DNA of 64,000 nucleotides, taken from positions 171 to 64,170 of the forward strand of contig JAFVSW010000335.1 of the NCBI GenBank assembly GCA_017503545.1, given 5' to 3'. Positions 55,648-64,000 of this stretch are shown here, piece after piece (the first letter of the stretch is position 1; the number at the start of each line of letters is the position of its first letter). This DNA comes from Lentisphaeria bacterium (lineage in GTDB: Bacteria > Verrucomicrobiota > Lentisphaeria > Victivallales > UBA1829). The notes under the pieces are model-generated. The model searched no databases, had not been told where the DNA came from, and saw only the letters and a program-made list of their open reading frames with translations. A program made the position numbers and the translations under genes.

Positions 55648-56679
55648 TTATTTTTTGAGACGGAATACTGTCCGGATGGAATTTTCTTCTTCCCGGATGC
55701 CCGGATATTCCCGGGTCGATAATTCCAGTAAGCCATCGTAATACAATTGTTCAAACAATTCATGGGCGGGGACATGGCGCAGGACTCCGGCGGGATAATG
55801 TATTCTCAATGCGTGATCCATAACATGAGCCAGCATGGCATCCGGATTTTCCCCCAGCCAATTCAGAAAAGCATTCTGCAATCCGGCAGGAATTCCGTTG
55901 TAAGGCTGAATATCAGTTGCCAATTTTTCCAAATGAACGGAATCTGCGGTGATGTCAAGAATGGAGTTCATGGGGACTTCGGTCACCCCCACTCTGTTTT
56001 CGCCATACGCCAATGCACACGTGGATAAGGATATACCGTCTTCATGAAAATACATCCCCAGACGCTGATTCATATTGACCACATACAAATGACCGGGGAA
56101 TTTCCGGAACAGAAACATGGTTGCTGATTCCTCACGGATTTCATTCCCCACTTTCCGTATGGCTTCCATGGGGGGATACCCTTCCGCAAGCAGAAAAGCC
56201 GTATATTCACAGACAATGTTGGACATGTGAACGCGGGAGCCGTCATCCAGCAATTGATACCGCTCTCCCTGCAAATGAAAATCTGCACTGGTAAAACTGC
56301 GGCCTTTTTTCAACAGTTCATTCCCGATCCGCTCAATGCTGCCGCTTTGTTCCGCAAAAATCCCGATTGCTCCTTGGGATACAACCATGACTTCCCCGTC
56401 AGAGGAGAGAAACGGGTGAGCATACCGGGAGTCGCCGGGGCAGCCGGCATAACCGGTACGACTGTGAAAAAAGCCGACCGTCCCGGGTAAAACATCCGGA
56501 TCATATTTCAAATATTTGGAATAACCTAACGTCTTTGTCAGATTCAACGTTCCGTCAAAAGCCTGTACGCCGATTCCTGTACAGAAACCGCTCCACAAAC
56601 CTTCGATCCGTTTCCCATATTCCATCAAAACAGGGGCAGCCGGTTTTGTTCTGCCCACATACGCACACATTTCACACAT
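55648..56679 (-). CDS. Ntn-hydrolase / class II glutamine amidotransferase-like protein
   Basis: N-terminal M-C (Cys nucleophile), GFFHSRT, AHPF; the canonical HNG is replaced by SQG. Confidence 0.7.
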   Translation of the reverse strand: MCEMCAYVGRTKPAAPVLMEYGKRIEGLWSGFCTGIGVQAFDGTLNLTKTLGYSKYLKYDPDVLPGTVGFFHSRTGYAGCPGDSRYAHPFLSSDGEVMVVSQGAIGIFAEQSGSIERIGNELLKKGRSFTSADFHLQGERYQLLDDGSRVHMSNIVCEYTAFLLAEGYPPMEAIRKVGNEIREESATMFLFRKFPGHLYVVNMNQRLGMYFHEDGISLSTCALAYGENRVGVTEVPMNSILDITADSVHLEKLATDIQPYNGIPAGLQNAFLNWLGENPDAMLAHVMDHALRIHYPAGVLRHVPAHELFEQLYYDGLLELSTREYPGIREEENSIRTVFRLKK

Positions 56680-56698
56680 CGTACTGACTACTCTTTCC

Positions 56699-57520
56699 TT
56701 ACAGTTTTATCCCCATCCAGGATGCCGCAGTGCCGCCAAGAACCGCCTGTTTTTCCTCTCCGGTAATCTGATTCAACAGCAGATGCATCTGATACGCCTG
56801 CAGGGCTTCTGTCTGAATCACCGGAATCGTGATATAGGAATCGGACCCGAAGATCATTTTCCGGAAATACGCACCTTCCTTATCCCGGGTGAATACTGAA
56901 GGCTTCAACAATGCCGCCAATTCCGACGGAGAAACATCCAGAAAATTACCGCATCCCGCCAGATCAAAGTAAAGATTATCATGCAGTTTGATCAATTCCG
57001 CTCCCTGTTCACGGAATATTTTTGTTCCCAGATGCGCCATGACGATTTTCAGTGCCGGAAAGGAACGGGCGATCGTATCCAGTTTCAGCGGTGACATATT
57101 ATCCAGAACCGGACGCCGGTATTTTACATCCGCGCTGTTCGGGCGGTATGCCCCCGTATGAAAAAGCGCAGGAAGTCCCATTTTCTCCAGTTCTTCATAT
57201 ATGGAAAAATAACTTTCATGATCGTAGGCATAGTAGGGATAAATAAATTTGAACCCTTTGACACCCATATCCGCATACCGGTGTAATTCCGCCGGATCAG
57301 GCGGGGTATCCCACAAATCAATCTTTGCCAGTGGAATAAGATTATGCGGATATTCCTTGCAGATACGGACAACGTCTTCATTCGGCAGATAATCGTGTCC
57401 GCCGTAACGGAGACCGCCGCTCAAAGCTGTCATGATATCATTTTTTTCGCAATTTTCCACATAACTGCGGATCTCATCCGGATTTCCGGAATTACAATGA
57501 GCATGAAAATCAAGATACAT
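56699..57520 (-). CDS. Amidohydrolase family 2 protein
   Basis: DFHAH, GVKGFK, FHTG, FPALKIVMAHLG, MIFGSD; starts right after the upstream stop. Confidence 0.85.
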   Translation of the reverse strand: MYLDFHAHCNSGNPDEIRSYVENCEKNDIMTALSGGLRYGGHDYLPNEDVVRICKEYPHNLIPLAKIDLWDTPPDPAELHRYADMGVKGFKFIYPYYAYDHESYFSIYEELEKMGLPALFHTGAYRPNSADVKYRRPVLDNMSPLKLDTIARSFPALKIVMAHLGTKIFREQGAELIKLHDNLYFDLAGCGNFLDVSPSELAALLKPSVFTRDKEGAYFRKMIFGSDSYITIPVIQTEALQAYQMHLLLNQITGEEKQAVLGGTAASWMGIKL

Positions 57521-57521
57521 T

Positions 57522-60386
57522 TTACAACTCCACAAGGAACAGTTTTCCACGGCTTGCTTTGAAATCAAATGCAAAACCTTTTGCTTTGACTGACAAAGTT
57601 TTACCGCTGATGCAATCCAAAACCGATTTCGGTGCAGTCGGGAATGTGATCGTTTCCTGTGGTCCGGTAAGATTATCATAATTTGTTGCATAAACCAGAA
57701 CTTTTTTCCCAAGCTGAAGTGCTTTGAGACGTACCCGTTTTGATCCGGCTTTCATATCGGTATATTTTGTACCGTCCACAAAGAAATCTTCATACGGACG
57801 GGCGATACGGATCGCATCCACCACCGGTGCAAGTGTCGGTGCATTGAACAGAGTTGCTCCGGCATAAAATACGATGATCTGCGGTTTCTGCATCAGACAA
57901 TCCCATACCTGATACTTCAGCATGACTTTGTTTTCCGGAGCAATTTCGGTCCCGTAGCCTCCGGCAAGAAGGATCGGTGCCGTATTGTTTTTCCCCGTAT
58001 AATTATTGTACAATTCCATTTTATCCCCGGGCATGGCACTCTCTTTGACTCCGCCGTATGTGTAAGACATCATCTGAATGACATCACAATATTTACCCAG
58101 CAGACGATAATCCAGATAACCCGATTCTTTCACTTCTTCCGCTGTACAGGGCTTGCCATCCCGCCCGACGATCAGCCCTTGTACGCAAGTGAACATTTCC
58201 GGTTTCATGGCGGCGGAATATTTTCCTTTTGCTTTTGCAATCGCCACTCCTTCATCAAAGGCTTTCCGGTACAGGGAATACCAATAGGCGATCCGCGAAC
58301 ATTTGAAATCCACCCAATGACGGTACATTGCCGGATTCTTTTTGCGGTCTCGCACGATCTGTTCCGGTTCCACGTATGACACACCTTTCCGGTTTTCTGC
58401 AAGCCATTCCCGGAAAAGTTTTTTTACTGCTGGGGAGTAATCAATGGTATCATACAACACATTGGTCATTTCGTCATCAAATTCCACATTGACTCCAGTC
58501 GATGCGCAAAGGCGGGTGCGTTCCATCGTTTCCGCAATGGGGGCATCTTTTTCCGTCATGGCAAGCGTCAGAACGGGAGTCCCATGTCCGCTGACCCCTT
58601 TCAGCAATTGTTTGCCATCGATCCCCGTAGCGATGTGTTGTTTTTTGATGCCGGTGTATTGACCGACAACTACAGTGATCATACAATTATGATCCGCCGC
58701 TTTTTTGCGGAATGTTTCAAACGTATTGGAACGCCATGGTTCCGCCCATGCCCCCATGTAATTCAAACCGGAATTGCGGAAATTGGTAAACAAATCCGGA
58801 TAAGAGTTATACAACATACCGAAAGGCACATAACTCGGACCTATGTAAATTTTTCTGAACGGCGTAGCAGGTTTGATCGCAATATGTTTGAGCTCAAGCG
58901 ACTCTTTCAACTGTTTCTCGCCATTGCTTTCCAGATAATATTCGCACACCGAGCTTTTACGCACCTTGAATGCGGAAGGATCCGCTTGCAGAAAAATCAT
59001 ATACTGATTGCCGGAAAGAAAATAGAGATAAGCTTCGTAATCATTTATATTCCTGCCGTTTACTGTGCGTGTTCCGGTCTTCTTCCACGTCAGATATTTT
59101 TTCCCCCATCGTTGCGGCGAATTCCAAGTCTCGCCTGCCCAATGGGATGTCATACCTTTCACCTGAATATCTGCCGGCAGAGAAAAATGAAATACCGCCG
59201 GCTTTTTATCGTTGGGAATGATCTTGTTTTTACCGCCGATCCGGAAAGAAACCGGCAAAGCAATGGTATCGGACACACCTTCACAGGCATATTCCGCTTT
59301 GATCATGTGGGCGGTTGTAATATCCTGCACCGAAGACTGTTTCATTGCTTTTGCTTCAAATTTCAATGGCGCATAATTCCCATCCGTAGTCAGAAGTACC
59401 GCATCCAGCATCATACGCCCGTTGGGGCGGAATGAAAACTGCTGCAATCCTCCTTTTGTTTTGAAGCTGCCGCAAAGAAGCCAGATATATTTTCCCGCCC
59501 CGCAGTATTTTCCCTGACGGTCAACTTTCTCATTTGCAGGGGTATCCAGATGAGTCATATAGCGATCATTCCGATATATCATGATCCGCGGATTATCCAT
59601 ATAGCCATATACACGGATCCAGAGATACCAGGTGCGTTCTTTGGAAAACAGGGTGACCGGATCCGTCACTTCCGGAATCTGGAAATTCCAATCGATTTTT
59701 CCTTTTTCCGTAAATACTCCGCCCTTACCGGAAAAATATTCTTTCGTGCCATCACTCCAGTTGCTGAGCATTTTGATCTTTTCGATATCCTCACCTTCCC
59801 GCCATACCCATTCCGCGCCGGCATCCGGCACATGGGTTGGTTCCGTTACCTCAAGAGATAGATTGCGAAGTTTCAGTGTCCCTTTTGCATGGACAAGACC
59901 GCTATTCAACTGCAGATAATCAAGCGGAAAACGGAGACGCCCGGTACTTTTGAACTTTGTCCATTTCGTAACAGGCTTCAATTGTTTATTCAGCCAGTAG
60001 GTCGGTTGTTTTGCCGGAAAGGCGCGATATTTCCCGTTGGCTGAAATCAGAATATAACCGTTTTTGCCGAAAACCAGGTCTTCCGTCAGATATTCCCCGG
60101 TAATGGTGATACGGGCTCCCACCGGCAACTTCTTTTTCGACCGGAACATCAGAAGTCCCTGGGATGTTTCGTCCGACGTTGTGATCTGAACATTTGCCGG
60201 GTCCGAAGCAGTTGCCGGATTCAGTTTATATTGAGGCTTGGATTTGTGTTTCTGATATTCCCAATGAACGGGGATGCCGTTTTCTGCTTTGGAAAAATCC
60301 CGATTGACAAGCAGTTCCGCCCCGGGAAGAGAAAGTGACACTGTCAAAATAGCTGACAACAACCATTTTTCGGACAAAAATTTCAT
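57522..60386 (-). CDS. Large secreted modular protein (CBM-like domains + putative GH-like barrel)
   Basis: Signal peptide; ELLVNRDF..HW and WREGED..LWIRVY..DAVLLT beta-sandwich-like modules; C-terminal FDDE..HWVDFK..LDYRLLGKYCDVIQMMSY. Confidence 0.7.
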   Translation of the reverse strand: MKFLSEKWLLSAILTVSLSLPGAELLVNRDFSKAENGIPVHWEYQKHKSKPQYKLNPATASDPANVQITTSDETSQGLLMFRSKKKLPVGARITITGEYLTEDLVFGKNGYILISANGKYRAFPAKQPTYWLNKQLKPVTKWTKFKSTGRLRFPLDYLQLNSGLVHAKGTLKLRNLSLEVTEPTHVPDAGAEWVWREGEDIEKIKMLSNWSDGTKEYFSGKGGVFTEKGKIDWNFQIPEVTDPVTLFSKERTWYLWIRVYGYMDNPRIMIYRNDRYMTHLDTPANEKVDRQGKYCGAGKYIWLLCGSFKTKGGLQQFSFRPNGRMMLDAVLLTTDGNYAPLKFEAKAMKQSSVQDITTAHMIKAEYACEGVSDTIALPVSFRIGGKNKIIPNDKKPAVFHFSLPADIQVKGMTSHWAGETWNSPQRWGKKYLTWKKTGTRTVNGRNINDYEAYLYFLSGNQYMIFLQADPSAFKVRKSSVCEYYLESNGEKQLKESLELKHIAIKPATPFRKIYIGPSYVPFGMLYNSYPDLFTNFRNSGLNYMGAWAEPWRSNTFETFRKKAADHNCMITVVVGQYTGIKKQHIATGIDGKQLLKGVSGHGTPVLTLAMTEKDAPIAETMERTRLCASTGVNVEFDDEMTNVLYDTIDYSPAVKKLFREWLAENRKGVSYVEPEQIVRDRKKNPAMYRHWVDFKCSRIAYWYSLYRKAFDEGVAIAKAKGKYSAAMKPEMFTCVQGLIVGRDGKPCTAEEVKESGYLDYRLLGKYCDVIQMMSYTYGGVKESAMPGDKMELYNNYTGKNNTAPILLAGGYGTEIAPENKVMLKYQVWDCLMQKPQIIVFYAGATLFNAPTLAPVVDAIRIARPYEDFFVDGTKYTDMKAGSKRVRLKALQLGKKVLVYATNYDNLTGPQETITFPTAPKSVLDCISGKTLSVKAKGFAFDFKASRGKLFLVEL

Positions 60387-60410
60387 TACAAATAACCTTT
60401 CATTTGTACT

Positions 60411-61145
60411 TTATTTATTGGGCCACCAGGCGGAAACTTCACGTTTGCTGTATTCCTTGATCTTATAAAATGCAGATTTTGCTCCAATCACTTTTACGTT
60501 ACTGACATGTCCGTCAAACATCAGAACATTGGTTGATTTTGTATGCCACGCATATACCTGCCTTGTATTAAGGTGATCATAAAAGAAATTGCTGGGCATT
60601 TTTACAGATGTATCATAGCTGTCCGCCATAAAAATAAAACGGGCAGGTCTTTTTACTTGCCCTTGTTTCCACAATTTCTTTTTGCCATAAGTAATATCTT
60701 CAAAACTCAACGAAAAATTCACTCCATATACAAGAGCGTTATATGCATAATAATTTCCATCTTTCCTGGTCTTATCGGCCGCTGACGGACACACAAAATT
60801 GCTTACTTTTTTGTAAAAAGAGGGATTCTCTTTCGAGTAACCCAAATACCATAACACCCAATTGTAACTGTTCTGGATATTTCTTTCAATGGAAGCCTGA
60901 CTCTGTGTCACGTTGGTCCCCAGAGTGTAACTGATGGAATGACTCAGAATCCAGTCATTGTAATCGTCCGTATACGCTCTCATCATGAATGCTATCTGAC
61001 GGAGCTTGTTGGAACAGTCGGTAACTTTTACTCTTTCTTTGCTCGCGCTTAACGCCGGAAGCAGCATCGCCGCCAATATCGCAATGATTGCAATGACGAC
61101 CAGAAGTTCGATGAGTGTAAAACGGGAGTGTTTTTTTTCTTTCAT
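60411..61145 (-). CDS. Prepilin-type N-terminal domain / DUF1559-like protein with H-X9-DG motif
   Basis: [50 protein letters not shown]. Confidence 0.92.
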   Translation of the reverse strand: MKEKKHSRFTLIELLVVIAIIAILAAMLLPALSASKERVKVTDCSNKLRQIAFMMRAYTDDYNDWILSHSISYTLGTNVTQSQASIERNIQNSYNWVLWYLGYSKENPSFYKKVSNFVCPSAADKTRKDGNYYAYNALVYGVNFSLSFEDITYGKKKLWKQGQVKRPARFIFMADSYDTSVKMPSNFFYDHLNTRQVYAWHTKSTNVLMFDGHVSNVKVIGAKSAFYKIKEYSKREVSAWWPNK

Positions 61146-61164
61146 GAGTGAATCCTTTTGTTTT

Positions 61165-62250
61165 TTATTTGGTTATATCATTTTTTATCAGATTTTCAAG
61201 ATTGATCTTGGCAGTGCTGTCCCCAAGATGCAAATTCACCGGCAACTCCAATTGCGGCGGAGGTCCGCTGATTTCTCCCGAGGCGATCTCTTTCAGCAGA
61301 GATAATACCGTTTTGCCGAATAACGGAGATACCAGAGAAACAGATGATAATGTCGGTGTGACCAGCAATGAACCGCAATCAAAACCTAGCACAACAACGT
61401 CCTGCGGAATACGCTTCCCCAGCAATCGCAGATGTTGATACAAAAGAATGGCAATATAGTCTGAATAACAGAAAATCGCTTCCGGTTCTTTTGTTTTGAC
61501 CATGTTGCGAATATATTCCCCGTCATAAAAATCCGGAATATTGCAGACCATTTCCGCAGCTTCTGTCAATCCTCTTTGCTGTAACAACCCGGAAAAATCG
61601 GCTTTCGTGATCCCGATCCGCTGACCGGATCTTTGATCATCTGAAATCAAAGTCATGATTCTGCGGAATCCCAATGATACCAGATAATCAAAACCCAAAA
61701 GCCACGCTTTTTTCATATTGACTCCCACGCTGGGGAAATAATCCGTAATCGTATTGACTTCATCCTCACGGCAATAAACTGCCGGAAGGCCACTCGCACG
61801 AATAACTTGAATGAATGGCTCATCGCCGGATATAGCCGCTCCGAAAAATATGATCCCGCAGTATGTCTCCGAAAGTTTCGCCGGATCCTGCAACAAATGT
61901 AACCCAAGTGTATCATAACGCAGATTCTGTTCCCGACATGCCGCTTCAAGATATGTCAACTCTCGCATTTTCCGGTCACAATGACCTTGTGTAAAATCAG
62001 AACAGACAATAAGAAGTTTTTTCGGCTTATCTCTGGTGATCCGGGTCCCGTAATAATGGGACCGTGTGATCAATCCTTCTTTCTCCAAACGTCTTAATGC
62101 CGCACGGAGGGTAACACGGGAAACCTCAAATTCTTTACAGAATTCAGGCTCCGAAGGAAATTTGCCATCGGTTACCTGTCCACTGTTGATCTTTTCCAGA
62201 ATACAACGGTAGACATAATCTTTCTTTAATTCTCTGTCAAAGTTAGCCAT
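61165..62250 (-). CDS. GntR-wHTH + LacI-type sugar-binding domain regulator (AraR-like)
   Basis: [31 protein letters not shown]; [24 protein letters not shown]. Confidence 0.9.
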   Translation of the reverse strand: MANFDRELKKDYVYRCILEKINSGQVTDGKFPSEPEFCKEFEVSRVTLRAALRRLEKEGLITRSHYYGTRITRDKPKKLLIVCSDFTQGHCDRKMRELTYLEAACREQNLRYDTLGLHLLQDPAKLSETYCGIIFFGAAISGDEPFIQVIRASGLPAVYCREDEVNTITDYFPSVGVNMKKAWLLGFDYLVSLGFRRIMTLISDDQRSGQRIGITKADFSGLLQQRGLTEAAEMVCNIPDFYDGEYIRNMVKTKEPEAIFCYSDYIAILLYQHLRLLGKRIPQDVVVLGFDCGSLLVTPTLSSVSLVSPLFGKTVLSLLKEIASGEISGPPPQLELPVNLHLGDSTAKINLENLIKNDITK

Positions 62251-62295
62251 ATTAGATCCTTACCACAGTAGTCTAAATTGTCTGCTTCTATATAA

Positions 62296-62335
62296 AGTAT
62301 AAATGATACAACCTTTTTTGTCAATATGGTACAAC
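62296..62335 (-). promoter_or_regulatory. Promoter with two overlapping operator boxes
   Basis: Minus strand GTTGTACCAT-a-TTGACA-aaaaag-GTTGTATCAT-t-TATACT (17-bp spacer). Confidence 0.75.
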
Positions 62336-62356
62336 TTTAAAAAAATAGTTTTTTTT

Positions 62357-62571
62357 GAGGTAAATTCAAAAGTCCGGCAAAATTTGACTGAAAAAGGATT
62401 GTTGAAGATATGGAAATGGTAGTTTGTTCCGGCGTCGCCATACGGCTATGCCGTGACAAGGCGTGGAAAATAACCATCCACCTTCGCCAAGGCTACGGCA
62501 GACTCAAACGCTCCGTTTTCAGATCTCAACAAGAGTTTTCAGGCATTTTTGAAGACTTTTGAAATTGCCTC
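62357..62571. mobile_element. MITE-like non-autonomous element, copy 2 (215 bp, inverted)
   Basis: Reverse-complement match to 40101-40313; TIRs GAGGTAAATTCAAAAGT / ACTTTTGAAATTGCCTC. Confidence 0.85.
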
Positions 62572-62653
62572 TTTTATAATTTACTGTCTTCAGACCTCCG
62601 GAAATGATTTGTCGTACACACGACAACATCCATGCATTTTTTGATAAAACACA

Positions 62654-62681
62654 TTGAAAATTCCCTTTTTTATGATATATT
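62654..62681 (+). promoter_or_regulatory. Sigma70-like promoter
   Basis: TTGAAA-N16-TATATT, followed by RBS AAAGGAG. Confidence 0.6.
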
Positions 62682-62721
62682 ATACCCCGTTCGACATCAT
62701 AACAAAGGAGTTGTTCGTATT

Positions 62722-63090
62722 ATGCATAAATCGACAGAACAATACAGAAAACTCGATAGACCCGAGATGAAAGGCGGTTCCGGAATCGCTCATTTTCAAT
62801 ATATCTGGGAAAAAAATTCCGAAATGAAATCCACTTGCCGCATGTTTGCTAAAATTACCCTCGAACCCGGTTGTTCAATCGGAAAACATGATCATCAGGG
62901 GGAAGAGGAAATTTTCTACATTCTTTCCGGCGAAGCACTCGCTTATGATAACGGCGAAACTGTTATTCTCAAACCCGGAGATTCCATCATTTGCAGATCC
63001 GGCGAAGAACATGCAATGTCATGTTACGGCGATGTCCCCGTGGAATATCTCGCCGTCATCCCCGTCTATCCTGAAAATAAATCAGAATAA
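62722..63090 (+). CDS. Cupin domain protein
   Basis: LEPGCSIGKHDHQGEEEIFYILSG..LKPGD..GEEH. Confidence 0.88.
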   Translation: MHKSTEQYRKLDRPEMKGGSGIAHFQYIWEKNSEMKSTCRMFAKITLEPGCSIGKHDHQGEEEIFYILSGEALAYDNGETVILKPGDSIICRSGEEHAMSCYGDVPVEYLAVIPVYPENKSE

Positions 63091-63102
63091 GGAATTTATA
63101 CA

Positions 63103-63939
63103 ATGCTGAAACGTGTCGTTTCTATTCAGGATATTTCCTGTCTCGGAAAATGTTCCCTTACCGTCGCGCTCCCCATTATTTCCGCTATGGGCCATGAAAC
63201 GTGTATCGTTCCGACCGCAGTTCTCTCCGCTCATACCGCATTTTCCAACTTCACTTTCCGGGATCTGACAAGTGACATCACTCCGATTGCCGATCACTGG
63301 AAAAAAGAAAATTTCAAATTCGATGCCATTTATACCGGGTATCTCGGTTCCTTTGAACAAATCGATTTGATGAAACAATTTTTTGATGATTTCAAATCAG
63401 AAAATACTCTCGTTTTTGTCGATCCCGCAATGGCAGATAATGGCGTTCTGTACAAAGGTTTTACACCCGAATTTGCAAAACACATGGGAACTCTTTGCGC
63501 AAAGGCAGATATGATCGTTCCCAATCTGACCGAAGCCAGTTTTATGCTCGGAATCCCGTATCAACCCGAATATGATGAAGCATATATCAAAGAAATTCTC
63601 AAAAAACTTGCGGACCTCGGGGCAAAATATGCTGTCCTCACCGGAATTTCTCTCAATCCGGGAAAACTCGGCGTCATGGCGTATGATAAATCCAATGATG
63701 AATTTTTCTATTACGAAAATGAACACCTGCCCCAGAGTTTCCATGGAACAGGCGATGTCTTCGCAAGTACGTGCTGCGGTGCTTTGACCGCCGGCTTCCC
63801 TTACAAGGAAGCATTGAAAATTGCTACCGATTACACGGTCGAATGTATCAGAAAAACAATCGGAGAAAAAGATCATATCTGGTATGGTGTAGACTTTGAA
63901 GCCGCAATTCCATACCTGATCCGCAGAATCGGAAAATAA
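63103..63939 (+). CDS. pdxK: Pyridoxal/pyridoxamine kinase
   Basis: QDISCLGKCSL, LSAHT, YTGYLG, VDPAMADNG, PNLTEA, HGTGD. Confidence 0.88.
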   Translation: MLKRVVSIQDISCLGKCSLTVALPIISAMGHETCIVPTAVLSAHTAFSNFTFRDLTSDITPIADHWKKENFKFDAIYTGYLGSFEQIDLMKQFFDDFKSENTLVFVDPAMADNGVLYKGFTPEFAKHMGTLCAKADMIVPNLTEASFMLGIPYQPEYDEAYIKEILKKLADLGAKYAVLTGISLNPGKLGVMAYDKSNDEFFYYENEHLPQSFHGTGDVFASTCCGALTAGFPYKEALKIATDYTVECIRKTIGEKDHIWYGVDFEAAIPYLIRRIGK

Positions 63940-64000
63940 TTTAACGCTTTTTCCGACTATAATGCCGTTTCAACCACACTTCGAAAACTTCACGGAGTGT

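Noticed and set aside
53275-57670. Diversity-generating retroelement TR/VR pair (repeat at a gene 3' end)
   Set aside because: The 26 mismatches involve all four bases on either strand rather than adenines only, many are synonymous, and no reverse transcriptase is present in the window.

Overview
Bacterial chromosomal window, most likely from a Lentisphaerota (Victivallales-like, PVC superphylum) anaerobe. This is inferred from the repeated prepilin-type/H-X9-DG proteins and the lepA-lepB architecture, not from a marker gene. The middle (about 11-46 kb) is mostly housekeeping: alpha-2-macroglobulin/pbpC, lplA, purL, lpxA, a fused glycogen debranching enzyme, ftsW, an MsbA-like ABC exporter, lepA-lepB, Lrp plus aminotransferase, and cysS followed by a divergent SAH-hydrolase-like gene, an MTA/SAH deaminase and a D-aminoacylase-like gene. 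Both flanks (1-11 kb and 46-62 kb) are accessory carbohydrate-use regions. They contain three independent copies of one cassette: a GntR-wHTH/sugar-sensor regulator, a pilin-like H-X9-DG protein lacking the canonical Gly(-1), and one or more secreted glycan-active or unknown proteins; two of the three also carry cytoplasmic catabolic enzymes. I propose these as a PUL-like system built on pilin-like proteins instead of SusC/D. Also seen: a roughly 130-aa domain that occurs alone and fused to enzymes, two inverted copies of a roughly 214-bp MITE with nested REP-like hairpins, a heptamer tandem array, a 149-bp orphan duplicate of a gene 3' end next to a truncated Fic gene, and a recurrent TTGAAA-N16/17-TATATT promoter motif. 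No rRNA, tRNA, CRISPR array, transposase or reverse transcriptase was recognised. All family assignments come from motif recognition by eye, with no database searches.
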